Assembly: GCA_964016885.1 (NCBI GenBank)
Contig: OZ024740.1
Coordinates: forward strand, 107,074,001 to 107,138,000
Origin: Eledone cirrhosa
Taxonomy: Eukaryota
Length of the DNA: 64,000 bases
Reading direction: 5' to 3'
Below the pieces are notes generated by a model that was not told the DNA's origin, made no database searches, and worked only from the letters and a program-made list of their open reading frames with translations. Both the position numbers and the translations under genes were made by a program. Positions 26,721 through 41,072 of this stretch are shown one piece after another. The first letter of the stretch is position 1. The number at the start of each line of letters is the position of its first letter.

Positions 26721-29216
26721 ACCATTATTATATAGTTGTACTAATGTAAAAAAGAAGAAGCTTTTCTCTCTTCGTAGTCAAAGTACAACTGAGATAATTA
26801 AAAACCTACTAAAGAAATCAAAGAGGCGGGGGACCGATTCATTCATTCTTGATAAAAGTACTTATGGGATTTTCCTCTCAACGATAGTATTTTTCATGCA
26901 CTCACAAGAACAATTTGATTTTTTTAGACAGTCGAGAGAGATAACTTCCAAAGCTTTTGATGCGGCAGAATAACCTGATGTTTTTTTTTTTATTTGGGGT
27001 TTTCCCTGTAATTACCTTATATTGTGAGTTGGGGATGTCCTTTGTGACTTTTATTTTTTGTATTATTACTATGACTATTTATCGTCCTTACGGGGTACCA
27101 GTAACGCACTAGGGTCGATTTAATTGACTTTCCCCTCCCTCAGAATTGTTGGCCTTGTGCCTAAATCAGAAACCATTATTATTCTTGGTTTGAGAAATGT
27201 ATTAAAAGTTTCCTCTCTTGGAACAAGAATTAAGTACTCATTGGAGATTATGTACAGAAGATTTTTCAATGTTAATGAAGACGTTCAAGGTTCATAACTG
27301 GTGTGAGAATCTCTAACAATGTTTATAGATCATAATATTACTATGTTCTGCAACTCCTTATAATGAATGTGTTAATGTCCATACCGAAATGGTTATCTAT
27401 CATTAAGTGACACCAATTATAAATAGGGTGATAGACACATTCCTTAGCTGCTTTAGTGTTTTTAGTTGATCGACCTTGTCGGTGTAGTTGCCTTACTTTT
27501 TAACTCACTTGAGCATATTACAGTTATTTGAAATTGCTATATCGTTAATTGGTACACTCTTGTCATTTTTCATACAGAGAATGCTCTCGGACTTTTTATG
27601 TCTTTTCTGGTGTGAGATTTTTTAGTATGCTAATATATTCCATAGCAGGGATCCCCAAACTCTTTAGAGCCTCGACTCCAAACATGTACAGAAATGTATA
27701 AGTAAATAAATAAGTAAACAAAATGTAAAATGTACAATAAAGACTAATTACATATAAATCAAAAACCTGAATAAACAAGTCGGCTGAAAACTCCATAGGC
27801 TGAAAAGTTCATAGGCTGACCAAGACACTCTCTTGGAATGACCAAATGGGGGTTATTTTTCAACATTGTCCCTGGAAAGAAACAATGCCGTTATTAATAA
27901 GAAGCATTGAAATTAATGCATGCAAGATTTCACAGCTCTAACATCAATGCTTTTCAGCCGACGCCTCGAATCTTTATATCTTATATAAATGTCCGGTTTG
28001 GGGCCCAAAAGTTTAGTCGACACCCCTAAGTAATTCCATCGACCATCTGGAGACTCCTATTCTACAGAGTTTTCGGATTTCCATTGTCTAAATCAGGTGG
28101 AGATTTATATTAGTAGCACAGAACTTTGCTTCTTGCAACAGAGGAAATTTAATAACGAAGCGTATATAGAGCAGATTCGCTACGTTATTTTGTCAAAGTT
28201 AATGTAGAACATCCTGATACATTGTGGTGTATTTTCCCAGGAAATACTCCACACAGGCATCATTTATCATCCATACTGTAAGAGCTGTGATTATTCTTGT
28301 CAATTTATTTATTGGCTTATTCCTGTATTACAAATGTTGTTGCTTTTGCTGTCCTATTCCAACCCGATTTCTTCATCCGAAAGAGATATAGTCTTTTATT
28401 TCTAAATGGGACATCCAATTCCCAAAAATATTGGCAAAAGGCAGATCTTTAGGATTGTTTGTTCACCATGGTTGACCTACGAACCATCAGTAAGTGTATT
28501 TTTTGTTTCTTTGTTTTTTTTTACTGCTGGATTAAGTTCAGACTTTCGATGTTCGAAGACTAAGCCAAGTTCTTGTAGATATTTTGTCGCTGCGGATGAA
28601 ATCGATTTGCTGCAGTTTTAATCATAATCTTCAAGGACACGTCAGCAGGCTTCTTTGTGTGTTGAACATATAGCAGTTAAAATTAACAACAGCCTTTTTA
28701 AATTGCTCAAGATGCCACACTGTGGGATTGAGCCCTGGACCTAATGAGGTATTCCTCTAATATATATCGTTGCTAATTGTATTAGTTAGGCAGTTATGTA
28801 GGTCGTGTAATGGAAGAGAAGTTGAAAGTGAGATGATCTAATTAAATAGGATGATGTATCAAGTGACGGGACGCTCCACGTAGGAACTAACTTTATGGGA
28901 GCAACAAAACATCCAGCATTGTTACAAATGAGAACTCTGGCTCACCCAATCTGCCTAATATTGTATAGATAAGTAACATATTCAAGTATTTATGGTGATA
29001 GGAGGGGGGGGGGAAAGCGGAGTGAGAGGAATCGGAAAATTGATTAAGTGCAGAGCAGTTTTTTCTCTCTTTTTTTTCACTCTTTTTCTTTTCTTTCCTC
29101 CAGAGCGTGAAACTAGTAAGAGTAATTGTTTTTGAGTATCTCAGTGTTTGTCAATGGTTTTAATTATACATATTTAACTTCTCAGCCATGACTGCACACA
29201 GGAGAGGATTCAATAT

Positions 29217-29592
<376 letters not shown>

Positions 29593-29946
29593 AAACACAC
29601 TAAAGCCTCTCCTGTGTGAAGTCATGGCTAAGAAGTTCGCTTCGCTATCATAAATAAAGTCCCGGCTTCGATCCCACGGTGCTACAGTGTCTTTAACATA
29701 GCTTTGAATCCATCCAAGTCTTGTCAGAGAAATTGCGCAAACGGAAACTCTGTGGAAGCCCGTCAGTATACTGTAGCTGTAATTCAAAAGTTTCCAAGAT
29801 TTCCACATATTGTGTCTCGTTGCTTCAGCTTGGCAATTGCATTAATGGTACACATTAATTCACTTTAAGTTGGACGTTAATTTGATCGAATAACTGAATG
29901 CTCATTGTCGAATCCGACTGAGGATCTATCATCTTAGCCACAGATA

Positions 29947-30035
29947 TAGTGTGACCATACGTCCTAGTCTGACCGGGACTGTCCCGGTTTATCAACGTTG
30001 CCTCATCGTCCCTGTCGGTTTGAAATTATGTCCCG
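29947..30035 (+). mobile_element. hAT (Blackjack-like) terminal fragment
   Basis: agtgtgaccatacgtcc...gaccgggactgtcccggttt resembles TAGGGTGACCA-type hAT termini, from recall. Confidence 0.5.
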
Positions 30036-30371
30036 TTTTATTTTTTGTTTTTTATTTTCTTTTGTTTTTTGTTGTTGTTTTTTTAACTGGAAAAAATATA
30101 TTTATGATTTTTTGACAGAAAAACCGCAAGGAATATATACTATTAGTGTATTTAGCGCATTGTGAAACACCTGTAGCAATAACCTGACCAGGGTTTCAAA
30201 CTAAAGCACTCTGCTTCACTCACACCCAAAAATAATAGAATTTAAAATTGTTCTCACGGTTGAAAATAAAACAAATGGCCATTGGAAAACTAGAAGACCA
30301 TTAGGAAAACCAGATGGCAACAGAAATATTTCTTTTGTAATACACACACAGAGACAGACACACACACACAA

Positions 30372-30580
30372 CCACACATATAGTGGTAAAACACTGGGAG
30401 ATTATATCCGTAGCAAGTAGAGCACTCAGTTCATAGGACGAGTTCGGTATAAAGTTAGTTCCACGATAAATTAGTAAACCATACTCGAGGATGCGCGTTT
30501 CACCCAACGGACACGCGAGTTGAGAATCCGCTGGGTGAAACGCGCGTCCTCGAGTATGGTTTGCTATTTGTTGTGAAATT
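30372..30580. mobile_element. Palindromic MITE-like element, copy 2, inverted relative to copy 1
   Basis: Reverse complement of 29261-29460, including the non-palindromic flank. Confidence 0.8.
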
Positions 30581-32337
30581 ACCTACAGTAACTCCAAGTT
30601 ACACTACCTATATATATATATATATATTGAATCCTCTCCTACACTACTTTAATCATGACACAGAGAACCATTTGCTTTCCCTTACACACACACACACATG
30701 TACACATACATAAACGAATGCACACACACACACACACACACACACACGCATACAACACAGACATATACACACACATGCACATACACATATATATGCACGC
30801 ACACACATACACATACACACGCACATGAGCACACACTCACACACAAACACATATTAATGGAAGCATACACCTTTTTTCGTGCAAGTATTTACATTCATTT
30901 TGCTAAATGTTATATTTTTGTTTTCATTGCTTCATGAAGAGAAAATTTGAACCGCATTTTTTTTCTAAGAAATCTTCTGATTTATTGTATGCTGTGAAAT
31001 AAAATTACGGAGAATAAATCAATTCACAGATGTATAACATTATAAATATTGATGGAAATATGAGAGGGGAATAAAGGATAAAAACAAAACCAAGCAACGA
31101 ACAGAGGTGGGAAGGGGTAAAGAAGGGCAGATCTGGCTGTATCGGAAAGTAATAGAAAGAGCTATAAATGCCATAAATGAGAGGAAAAGGAGGGAAAAGG
31201 CAAGGTCTATGAGGCCACAGAAGAAAAGAGGGGTCAAGGGAAAAGGGTTATTGGCTCTAACCCTGGGACAGGGCGGAGTTTCGGCTGCGCGCTGCCGTGA
31301 AAACTGAAAAGGCATTTAGGCGGACAATGACCAGCGACACCCGCTGCAACAGCCAACCCACCTTGTGGGACTCGTTCCTCAAACGGGTTGCTGACGATCC
31401 AATTTTAGGAGCTCCGCAGTACAGGGTCCGAGGACACTTGAGATCACGACGGTAACCGGTGGGAAGAGGATACGGCCAGACAAGCCTCGGTATTTGCATG
31501 TCTTCCTGTCGGCACTGATGGGCAGTACGAGAGGGCCGAGAGACACGTAGGTGAAGAGTCACAGAAAGAAACGATATTGCCCTTGACCCTTGAAGTCAGG
31601 GAGGGGCCCGATCTCTCCCCCACCTTCGGGTTCCCTGCCATCGGGATCCCGGGTGCGAGAGTCATAAAACTGAACAGTTTTGGGCCGCCTGAATCAAGCA
31701 CTCGATCGATGGGCGATGCTAGCGCTTCGACTGCGAATATACAGTCAGCTTTGGGAATCCTGGTGATAACTCTCCGCGACTGCCTGAGGCGAGACACCGC
31801 CACCCAGGCCTCGTCCGGGTCGGGCATATTCAGGACCCCGTTGTACCGGTTACTTGTAGAATCAAGAGGGGTAGGTAACGCGGGCAGTGCCACGGGTGCA
31901 GGGATTCTGACGTGCGTCGAGTGAGTATAATGCAAGAAAGGTGGAAGAAGCTGTTACAGTTGGAGCAGTTCCTTCCTTTGTTGCACTTGTTGTGCGCGGC
32001 ACACGAGAGGCACTGATCAACCTCCCGTGGGGTGGAAGGCAGATGAGAGGCGGGAATTTTAACTAAGATGTTAGAGGTGCAGGTGGAAAAATTGTAATTG
32101 GGGAGAGTATGGGGGTGGCTGGTAGATGTCTAGAGGGATGATATGATGGAGAAGTAGAAAGAGAGTGATGGGGATGAATAGGAGGATAGGTGTGTGGAGG
32201 ATGGAGGGAGGGGAAGAATGAATAGTGAGTGAGAGTGAGAGAAGGAGGTAAATAGACAGGTAGATGGATTCCATAAAGGGAGAGAACCAAGAGAAGAAAA
32301 GAAAAAAAGGTGGGATCACGTTGTTAGTGAATGAAAG

Positions 32338-32569
32338 AAAAACTGGCAACATGTAAAACAGATTTAATAAAGTTTGACGGTAGATCTTTAAACCTGGCAA
32401 TATGTAAAACATAGATTTAATATAGTTTAACGGTAAATCACTTTAAACTTGGTAACATGTAAAACATATTTAATATAGTTAAACGGTAGATCTTTAAACC
32501 TGGCAATATATAAAACATAGATTTAATATAGTTTAACGGTAGATCTTTAAGCCTGACATGTAAAACGTA
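32338..32569. repeat. Minisatellite, ~50-55 bp unit (aaacctggcaacatgtaaaacatagatttaatatagtttaacggtagatcttt); continues at 35251-35462
   Basis: The same unit lies on both sides of a 2.7-kb insertion. Confidence 0.9.
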
Positions 32570-33162
32570 TCTGAACTATAATAAAGTAAGGAATGCGGAA
32601 CTGCGTAAAGTTTATTTCTTTTAATCCAGTTAGTATAAGTTGGAATACTTTGAATAAATAATGAATGAATATTACATAATTTATGTATTAAATTTGATTA
32701 AATTTAATATAAATAATTTTATTGCTTATTTAAAATTGACTTCTTTTCAAAGTTTCAAATTTCTACACTTCCGGTATATCACCGCCACCACCACCACTTG
32801 AACTACCATATATATATATAAAAAGAGAGAGTGTGTGATGAGAGAGATATTGATAGAGTGATTGTGATTTTCAATACGCTAACGCGTATGTGTGTGTATG
32901 TGCACATATATACATCTATATGTGTGAGTATATATATACATTCACACAAATATACATATATACATACTTTCACACAAACAGACATACATTCACACATATA
33001 CATTTCCACAAACACACATTCACACATATACATTTACACAAACACACGCATACAGTCATACAGTCGTGAATTGGAAATGGGGGGGTAAAACAAGTATAAC
33101 GTTTTATTTATTTATTATCAACACAGTTTAACTCTTTTTTTTAAAACTCATTTGTATAAAAA

Positions 33163-33648
33163 TCTAAACTATAATAAAGCAAGGAGTGCGGGACTGCGTC
33201 CAGAATATACTTGTTTATCCCGTTTGTAAAATAAGTTGGATTACTTTGAATAAATAATGAAAAAATATTACATAATTTATCTACTAAATTTCGATAATCT
33301 TGATTAAATATATATAATTTTGTTGCTTATTTTAAGATTCACTTCTTTAAAACTTCAAATGTCAACACTTCCGGTTAGTGATCGCTTAAATAAACATTCA
33401 TATATTTCCGTCACTAATTTTCTTCTATTGCAGTTTATATATAATATCGTCTTTTTTTATGTATCATGGATTACGTTACTGATTACATAAGACAGTGTAA
33501 CACAGTCTTCGTTCAATTTCTGTGTATATTGTCAATTACGATTTTATTTGATGTTTCATATCTATATGCATATATACTTGCGTATAATATCAATATGCAC
33601 ACTACACATGCTAGCAGAAAACCACCCGAAGGTAGGTTTTTCTGCTAG
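33163..33648 (+). mobile_element. Complete non-autonomous Helitron (~486 bp)
   Basis: A|TCTAAACTATAATAAAG ... ctagcagaaaaccacccgaaggtaggtttttctgCTAG|T. Confidence 0.8.
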
Positions 33649-33789
33649 TTTAATGGTTACAGAACGAAAACACTAACAAATATAATATATACAAAGGAAA
33701 GGGAAAGCAAAAAAAAAGAAAGAGAAAAAATACACACACACATCTTAGACCACATAGAACAAAATGCAGACGAAAGAGTGGAAAAACGA

Positions 33790-34290
33790 GCCGCTACCAG
33801 AGTAAAAGATTGCAATATAGCGAGGAGCACTGGGAAACCTCTCTAATAATCTTTGAGGCAAGGCAGCACGCTCGCAGCCTTACCTGGGGTGATGGCGAGG
33901 CTGAGGTGCTGGAATAACCAAGTGCACTCACGAGCATCACCAGTTACCTGTTTGGCGAGCCGCCAGTGAAGATACGAACCTTGCTGTCAGAGGCCCGACT
34001 CCCCCAAACGTCTCGAACGTCACAGGCTGGATAATGTAGTTAGGATTTTGTTAGGATTTTGTTCCGTTCAGCGGCGGATGTTGTATCCCTCGCCCTTACC
34101 GTTGCATCCAGGATGTGGGAAGAAGCAAAAGAGTCACTAACTGTGACGTCCCAGGTAAGGCACCTGCCTCTTGACCAGGAGCACAGAGTAAGACCGTCAA
34201 GTCTTTTCCCATCATTACTGGACAATCCAGACGGTTCCAAAGTTGAGGGGATGTTTACCCGGGCCAAAACTCTTAAGTGGTAATAGGACA
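33790..34290 (-). mobile_element. CRE-like non-LTR retrotransposon, restriction-like endonuclease fragment
   Basis: LEPSGLSSNDGKRLDGLTLCSWSRGRCLTWDVTV corresponds to the R(P)D..D RLE motif of CRE-type elements. Confidence 0.75.
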
Positions 34291-34489
34291 GTGTGTGTAT
34301 GTGCACGCGCGTGAGTTTGTCGGCGTTCTTAAATTACAGACGTGTGTGTCACTGTTTTTAAGTTAGAGACATATATGTGTGTATCCCTTTCCTTCCTTTT
34401 ACACACATATACATTCACACAAACACACAAACACACAAACACACATACACATTGTGTGATGGACGGGTGGACAGAAGTCCCTCAAATTT

Positions 34490-35130
34490 ATTTATATGTG
34501 AATGGAGTTCTACTGAAGCAGTTAGAGAAGTTCAAGTATCTTGGAGCCGTGTTCATGAGTGCTGGAATGCAGGAGGCTGAATTAAGTGCAAGAATAGCAA
34601 AATTTGATGCAGTAATGCGCCAGCCTCAACATTCAGCAATCAAAAGAAGGGGGTAGGTGTAAAAGCCAAACTCGCTGTCTTCCTGCCAACTCTTACCGGG
34701 GATGATGAATCTTGAGTAATGACCAACAGAATACAATTGCAAATAAAAGCGGCAGAAATGGGATTCCTCCGAAGGGTCTTTGGAGTAACGTTACTCGATA
34801 AAGTGCATAACTCAGAGACCAGAGAGTCACTCCTGGTAGAGCCTGCTACTTCTCCGAATTGAGAGATCACAACTCCGATATTATGAGCATGGGGTTAGAA
34901 TGTCTCAAGAATCGCTGGACACATTTTACAGGCAAAACCAACCGGCAAGAGACCCAGAGGTAGACCCTGAGCAAGATAGTTGGATAACATCCATGAGCTT
35001 GCCTGGTCATGCTTTGGGATCCAGCTGGATCAGTTAGAGATGTTTGCTACTGACAGGCTCGCTGGAAGGAGTGTTTGAGAAGGACTCTGCCACCATGACC
35101 TTCTCAGAAATAAGTGGGTGAAGAAGAAGA
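34490..35130 (+). mobile_element. RTE LINE 3' fragment
   Basis: LEKFKYLG...AAEMGFLRRV.GVT...GKRPRGRP, ending in a (GAA)n tail. Confidence 0.8.
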
Positions 35131-35664
35131 TATTGTCAATTTACTTTTCAATTTATATATAATCTATATGCATATATATTTGCGTATAATACCAATATGC
35201 ACGCTACATATGCTAGCAGAAAATCACCCGAACGGCGCTTTTTCAGCTAGTAGATTTAATATAGTTTAACGGTAGATCACTTTAAACCTGGCAACATATG
35301 AAACATATAGATTTAATATAGTTTAACGATAGACCACTTTAAACCTGACATGTAAAATATAGAGATTTAATATAGTTTAACGGTAGATCACTTTAAACCT
35401 GACATGTAAAACAAATTTAGTATAGTTTAACAGATGTTTAAACCTGGCAATATGTAAAACATACGTATATATATAATATAGATAATTGGTGATCGATGAT
35501 CGATTGTTTAGATTGATTTTAAGTTATGGTTCTCCTTGGATCATGAAATAGTCATAAGGAAATGAGAGCTTTTTCCATCCGAAGTACGTATTTTTCCTAA
35601 ATATTATGTGATTTTTGTGTGTGTAGAAAATATTGTGTTCTCATAAGATATAGGATTCTTTCTT

Positions 35665-35755
<91 letters not shown>

Positions 35756-36546
35756 TTGAATTATTGATGCTCTGGACTAATGTCCATTGAGCTTTTCTAC
35801 TGAGAAGCACAAATATCATACGTAATATATATATGATACCTTAAATTTATATATATATGAGTTGTAATAATTTACTACCTTTCATTAATTAGAGCCCGCC
35901 AGCTTTTGCTCTGTATGCAAATGAGCTTCATCAGCCGATGTTCATAAGCCTTTAGCTTATTTTCGTCATAGCACCAAGCGGTTGAAGACGGTTAACGAAA
36001 CAGAAACGATCGTTAGGGTGCTCTCCCTCGGTTGCTAAAGACCAGTGGTGAAATTCAATCTATAAACATTTTTATTTACAAGAATATTTCGTATATTATT
36101 CAGTGCACTTAAAATGAAGTTGATCGGATTTGTTTTCATTTAACATCTGTCTGTATAACTTGACAATTCCAAATACATACACTAAGCCAACTTTGAAACT
36201 AGGGATTTTGTTGTGTATTATTTTTTTTTTATCAGACCCCCCCAACCATCCACCCTCCCCAACCTAAAGTGCCCCGGTTTTGGCTATACTGCAATAGACA
36301 ATACTACAGGAAATTGTTGTTTACTTTTAATGTCTGCTGAAATATTGCTGAAATTAAGTTTATTTCGCTTTAAAATTTGAATCTTCCGTTCCTTGTCTCA
36401 CCCCGCCAGCATTTTGTACTTCCACAATTAGTGTGACCAAAAATGATAAGTATATTAATATATATATGTATGTATGCGTGTATGCATGTATTATGTATGG
36501 ATGGATGGAAGGATGTATTATGTATGTATGCGTGTATGTATGTATG

Positions 36547-36765
36547 TGGAGGCGTGTGGCTGAGTGGTTAGATAATTGGATTCGCAATCGTGAGATTGTG
36601 TTCGATTCCCAGACAGAGCGATGCGTTATGTCCTTAAGCAAGATACTTTATTTCACGCTGCTCCTTCTACCTGGAGTTGCGACCGATAGATAGTATTATC
36701 AATTGGAAAGACCAATGGAAGCATTGTTTCCTCGGTTCGATTTGATGAAAGTCGATCGTTCCTTT
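36547..36765 (+). mobile_element. SINE family B
   Basis: TGGCTGAGTGG A-box and GTTCGATTCC B-box; the 3' part is shared with 14435-14535 (-). Confidence 0.75.
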
Positions 36766-37091
36766 TATGTATGTATGTATTATGTGTGTGTATAGGTGTG
36801 TGTTCGGTAATATTGTTAGGGCGAACCATCTATGAATAAACACAGAGATGGTTCGCCCTAGCAATAACACCGAATTTCGCGAACCATCTCTGGATCAAGT
36901 ATATTCGTAAGTTTGTGTTTGCCGTAATTCCTTTTATTGGTTAACTAATTATGTAATCCGCCCTGACGATGTCGCCAATGCCTTGTGCCATGATCGGATG
37001 ATGAAACTTGGGCATTGAAATATGTAGAGTGTTTTTGCAGCATTAAAACTTTAAAAGGGTATTTTTCCAGTGCGGTCTTCTATTGATTTAA

Positions 37092-37176
<85 letters not shown>

Positions 37177-39010
37177 TGCGTGTGCGTGTGTGTGCGTGCG
37201 TGTGTGTGTATTTGTGTGTGTGTATAGAAATGACTTCTACAGAACTAGAACTGTTTTATTCGTATGAAGTCATCATGCCCACGATATCACTTCATACCAC
37301 AACTAAAAAAGAATTGCAGCCTTCACATACGCTTAAATTTATGGTTGACCCGACGCTAGAGTCAGAAGACTTTTATAAAAACGGAATTTCTGATAGTTAT
37401 AACAAACATTCAACTTTTATAAACAAAATGAAAAAATCTCTCACCAAAAAATAGCATTATGTTCCGAACGCAAACTTTTTACATCCACGAGCTATTGATA
37501 TCTATCGATCAACACTATAACAACAACAGTAACAACATCTGTGGCAACAACACCTTATATAGCAAAATGAACAACTACATCATATGTGGCAACAGCAACA
37601 ACAGGAACAGCATCGGTGACAACAACAACAAACTTTTTCAACTCCAGACTCTGTTACAACTATAAAAACAGCTATAACAGACAAACAAAATCAAATTCTG
37701 GTCTAGCGGCAACAATATATTCATTAAAGAAAAAAGCGCACGTGCACACAAAAACCGTATTGAACTCTATTTTTTTTTTAACTGTTATGTTTTTTCCACC
37801 ATCATTCTATCGTTCTGTCTCTTACATGTAAGTCGTGTTATATGTTTACACACACATACACTCGCATACACATGGTTACAAAATTTTCATATTTTTTTGC
37901 ACACAGTCCAAAATCTATGTAATTGATTTACGTGGAATTTCACGAGATGATTCTTTCTTCTCTCTTCTCGCTCCACTAATTTTGAAGTTAAGGAAAAAGC
38001 TATCGGCATATACTCGCCCCAAAGACGGCAAACTTGCGTCTTTTTGCATTTATTACATGCAACTGCACACAAATAGCTACAGTTTTAACTTCAAAATTTA
38101 GTCTCCGCTAAATGCGCACTAAGAATATGCAACCGCGTTCAGCGACTTACATGTCTGCATTTAGGCAGCCAGAAAGATCTCGATACCACTTATTTCAAAG
38201 CGTACTCTTGCAGTTCGATTCCTCTATCTCTTATATTATTGATCGCTGCTCCCTCATCGATCTTGACGAGCAACTAATGTAGCGAAACCTCAACATATGT
38301 TCTTAGCCTGCCACACACAGCCCCCAAAAGACTGAACTATGACCTCAGAACCAAAATCTTAGATAATATTCTCTTGTAAGAAGCTCACAGCGCCAGTGTG
38401 TCCGAAAAGAAAAGGTTATCTGTTTAATGTTTCTGTGTAACCCAATTCTTATATAGACAAGAGATTTGGGGACTCCCTGGACATACTGCTTTTCGACACG
38501 GCAAAATATAGTCTGCTTTCGACTCTGCAACAAAAAGCCGTCTTGGTCAGTATTGCGGTGTAGCTACACACACAAACACACACTCGCTAGCCAGCCTTGC
38601 TGGGATCGGCACTAGCTGAAACTGCTACCAACACAGATTAGTAAATATTACTATTATGATATTTCTACTTTTGCACACATAACATATTGCATCTAAACGT
38701 GCATCTTTTTCAGTTGTTCCTTGCTGCACATGATTTCGAAGAAAAATCATGTTGCAAATAAAAGCATTAACATTAGCAGTGTCTGGTTCATTTGTTAATT
38801 CTTATCCATGTGATTTGGGAAAATCATTTTCCTAACAGTAATATCACATCACACCACAACAAGTGAGTACAACTATTTGTTTCCTCGAACATGATAAAAT
38901 TTCTCGACTCACTATGACATACTTCACTCACTCACTTGACGTTAGTCGACCAACAAGCTACTCACTCATCATCTTCATACTTCATCACTACTACCACAAA
39001 TGAACAAATC

Positions 39011-41072
39011 TGTAGCAAGAGTTTCCTCCCTTGTTATGACGATCACATCACCAGTAGCGCTCTCTAGACAGGAAGTAGCTGGAGTTACTTCCCGTTGAGG
39101 TGGCAGAACCTTCTTTGTCACTTCCGTCCGGGGAACTATAAAGGAGATAGCTGAAAGCTATCTCCCTCTCTTTTAACCTACCTGCCCCTTCGGCCAGGCG
39201 CGTTCCGCCGAGGGTATCTCTTGGTCTCTTGCGAGCTGATTTCAAAACGGTAAACAACTAACTTTAATTCATCCTTTCATCTGTCTTGGCATGTGAACTA
39301 TTCTGCTCTACACTCAGTCACCATGTTATCATTGGTGACCCCGAGAAAAAAATAATAGGATCCGGAGTTGTGTGAATATGGAGAAAAGAAAATTAATTAG
39401 CAGTATTTCAAAAAGAAAAAATTCCTCTAACAACATTCCACATGGATTTTTTTTTACAACATTCCACATGGATTTTGTCTACAACGAAAATTATAAGTAA
39501 TCTTTTCCTCAGCAGCAAACAAACAAGAAAAATTTTTGCTTTTCAGCTCACGTGTTTACATCGTTTAAATGTGTTTCAATCACTCGCTATATCCTTCGTC
39601 CGTATCACAACGAACACTCAAAAAGACTTGGACTCTTGTATTCTTATATTCAACATGTCAATTTTGCTGAACATCACAGCTCGCTTACTCATTCAACTAA
39701 GACTTTTTCGCTACTTTTTCATCACTTTCACAAAAAAAAAATTGAAGCCTCACCATATTTGTTATACAAAGTGAATATAGCCTTTCTTTCTTTTTCATCA
39801 TATTATCACGTTCACACACACATTTTTCAAAATGGCTGCCAACGACCTGTTGCACTATCATTTTCGCGCCATTTTCTCGCGCAATAGAAATATTTTTTTT
39901 TCAACTTGACTTTAACCTTGTTTCGGCACGTGTGGGAGCACACATCTCGACTCACTGAGATAACACACGCCATAGATAATGTTTCTTGCCAAGGATTCTC
40001 CAGCCTTAAGCTATATTCTCCTATTTGCCGGTTTAAAAATTTACCACGTAAATTTGCCGTTGGAAACTGCGCATTTATTCAGAATGCTTATTTCTTTGGT
40101 TGCTGGCCTCTTGACCTATCCAAGTCAACGCGTTCTCAACATCGACCATCAACTTTGGCTGTTATTTCTAGCACTTTGCGCAACTAATTTTTTCTGGGAC
40201 ACTTTTTACTGTGAATGGAAACAACATCGAATAGGCTCACTCCGCGAGACAACAACACAGCTTCATCTTTGCTTTATCAACAACCAAAACCAGCAGAACA
40301 AAACACAGAGAATTTATTTTTGCAGCACTCTTCCTGTGAGAAAATCCCACCGCCTTCGGAGGTTGGGAATTTCACGTTGTACCACAGTCCAGAAACCACC
40401 TGCATATCTTCTCTTGGTGACACACTCTCTTTCCTGCTGTCATGTTAACTTTATTTTTGAACATTTGAACTTTTTTTTTATAACTATGTTCGAGCACGTT
40501 TCTTTGCTCCTTTGACCTCTTCTTAGGATGATTACATTGTATCTTTGTGTAATGGATAGATAGATGTCCAGTCGTTCTCTGGCCAAGAGCGGTTGGCTAC
40601 CTTGATATCTATCATTGATTTTTGCATGCTTATATTTTGCTGTTTTGCTTTTATTGCAAACATTATTTTTTTGTAATTTTCATGCCTGGACTTTGGTGTT
40701 ACATGCTCGCCATCTTACTTCATACATGGTTGATTCTATTTTTATGTTTTAAAAATCTGGCGGGAGATAATGTAGCAAGAGTTGCCTCCCTTGTTATGAC
40801 GATCACATCACCAGTAGCGCTCTCTAGACAGGAAGTAGCTGGAGTTACTTCCCGTTGAGGTGGCAGAACCTTCTTTTTCACTTCCGTCCGGGGAACTATA
40901 AAGGAGATAGCTGAAAGCTATCTCCCTCTCTTTTAACCAGCCTGGCCCTTCGGCCAGGCGCGTTCCGCCGAGGGTATCTCTTGGTCTCTTGCGAGCTGAC
41001 TTCAAAACTGTAAACAACTAACTTTAATTCATCCTTTCATCTGTCTTGGCATGTCAACTATTCTGCTCTACA
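39011..41072 (+). mobile_element. LTR retroelement with ~300-bp LTRs and an apparently non-coding interior
   Basis: 39011-39312 is nearly identical to 40771-41072 and reads TG...CA. PBS-like TGGTGACCCCG at ~39333, purine tract GGCGGGAGATAA before the 3' LTR, and TATAAA within the LTR. Confidence 0.85.

Larger units (their letters stand above)
32570..35250 (+). mobile_element. Composite non-autonomous Helitron with nested inserts
   Basis: Starts A|TCTGAACTATAATAAAG and ends hairpin+CTAG|T; no TSD; splits the minisatellite. Confidence 0.7.

Noticed and set aside
36547-36612. tRNA gene
   Set aside because: A/B boxes continue into a SINE body and no full cloverleaf is apparent.
39979-40515. 178-aa ORF inside the LTR element as cargo gene
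   Set aside because: No recognisable motif; consistent with a chance ORF until a homology search says otherwise.
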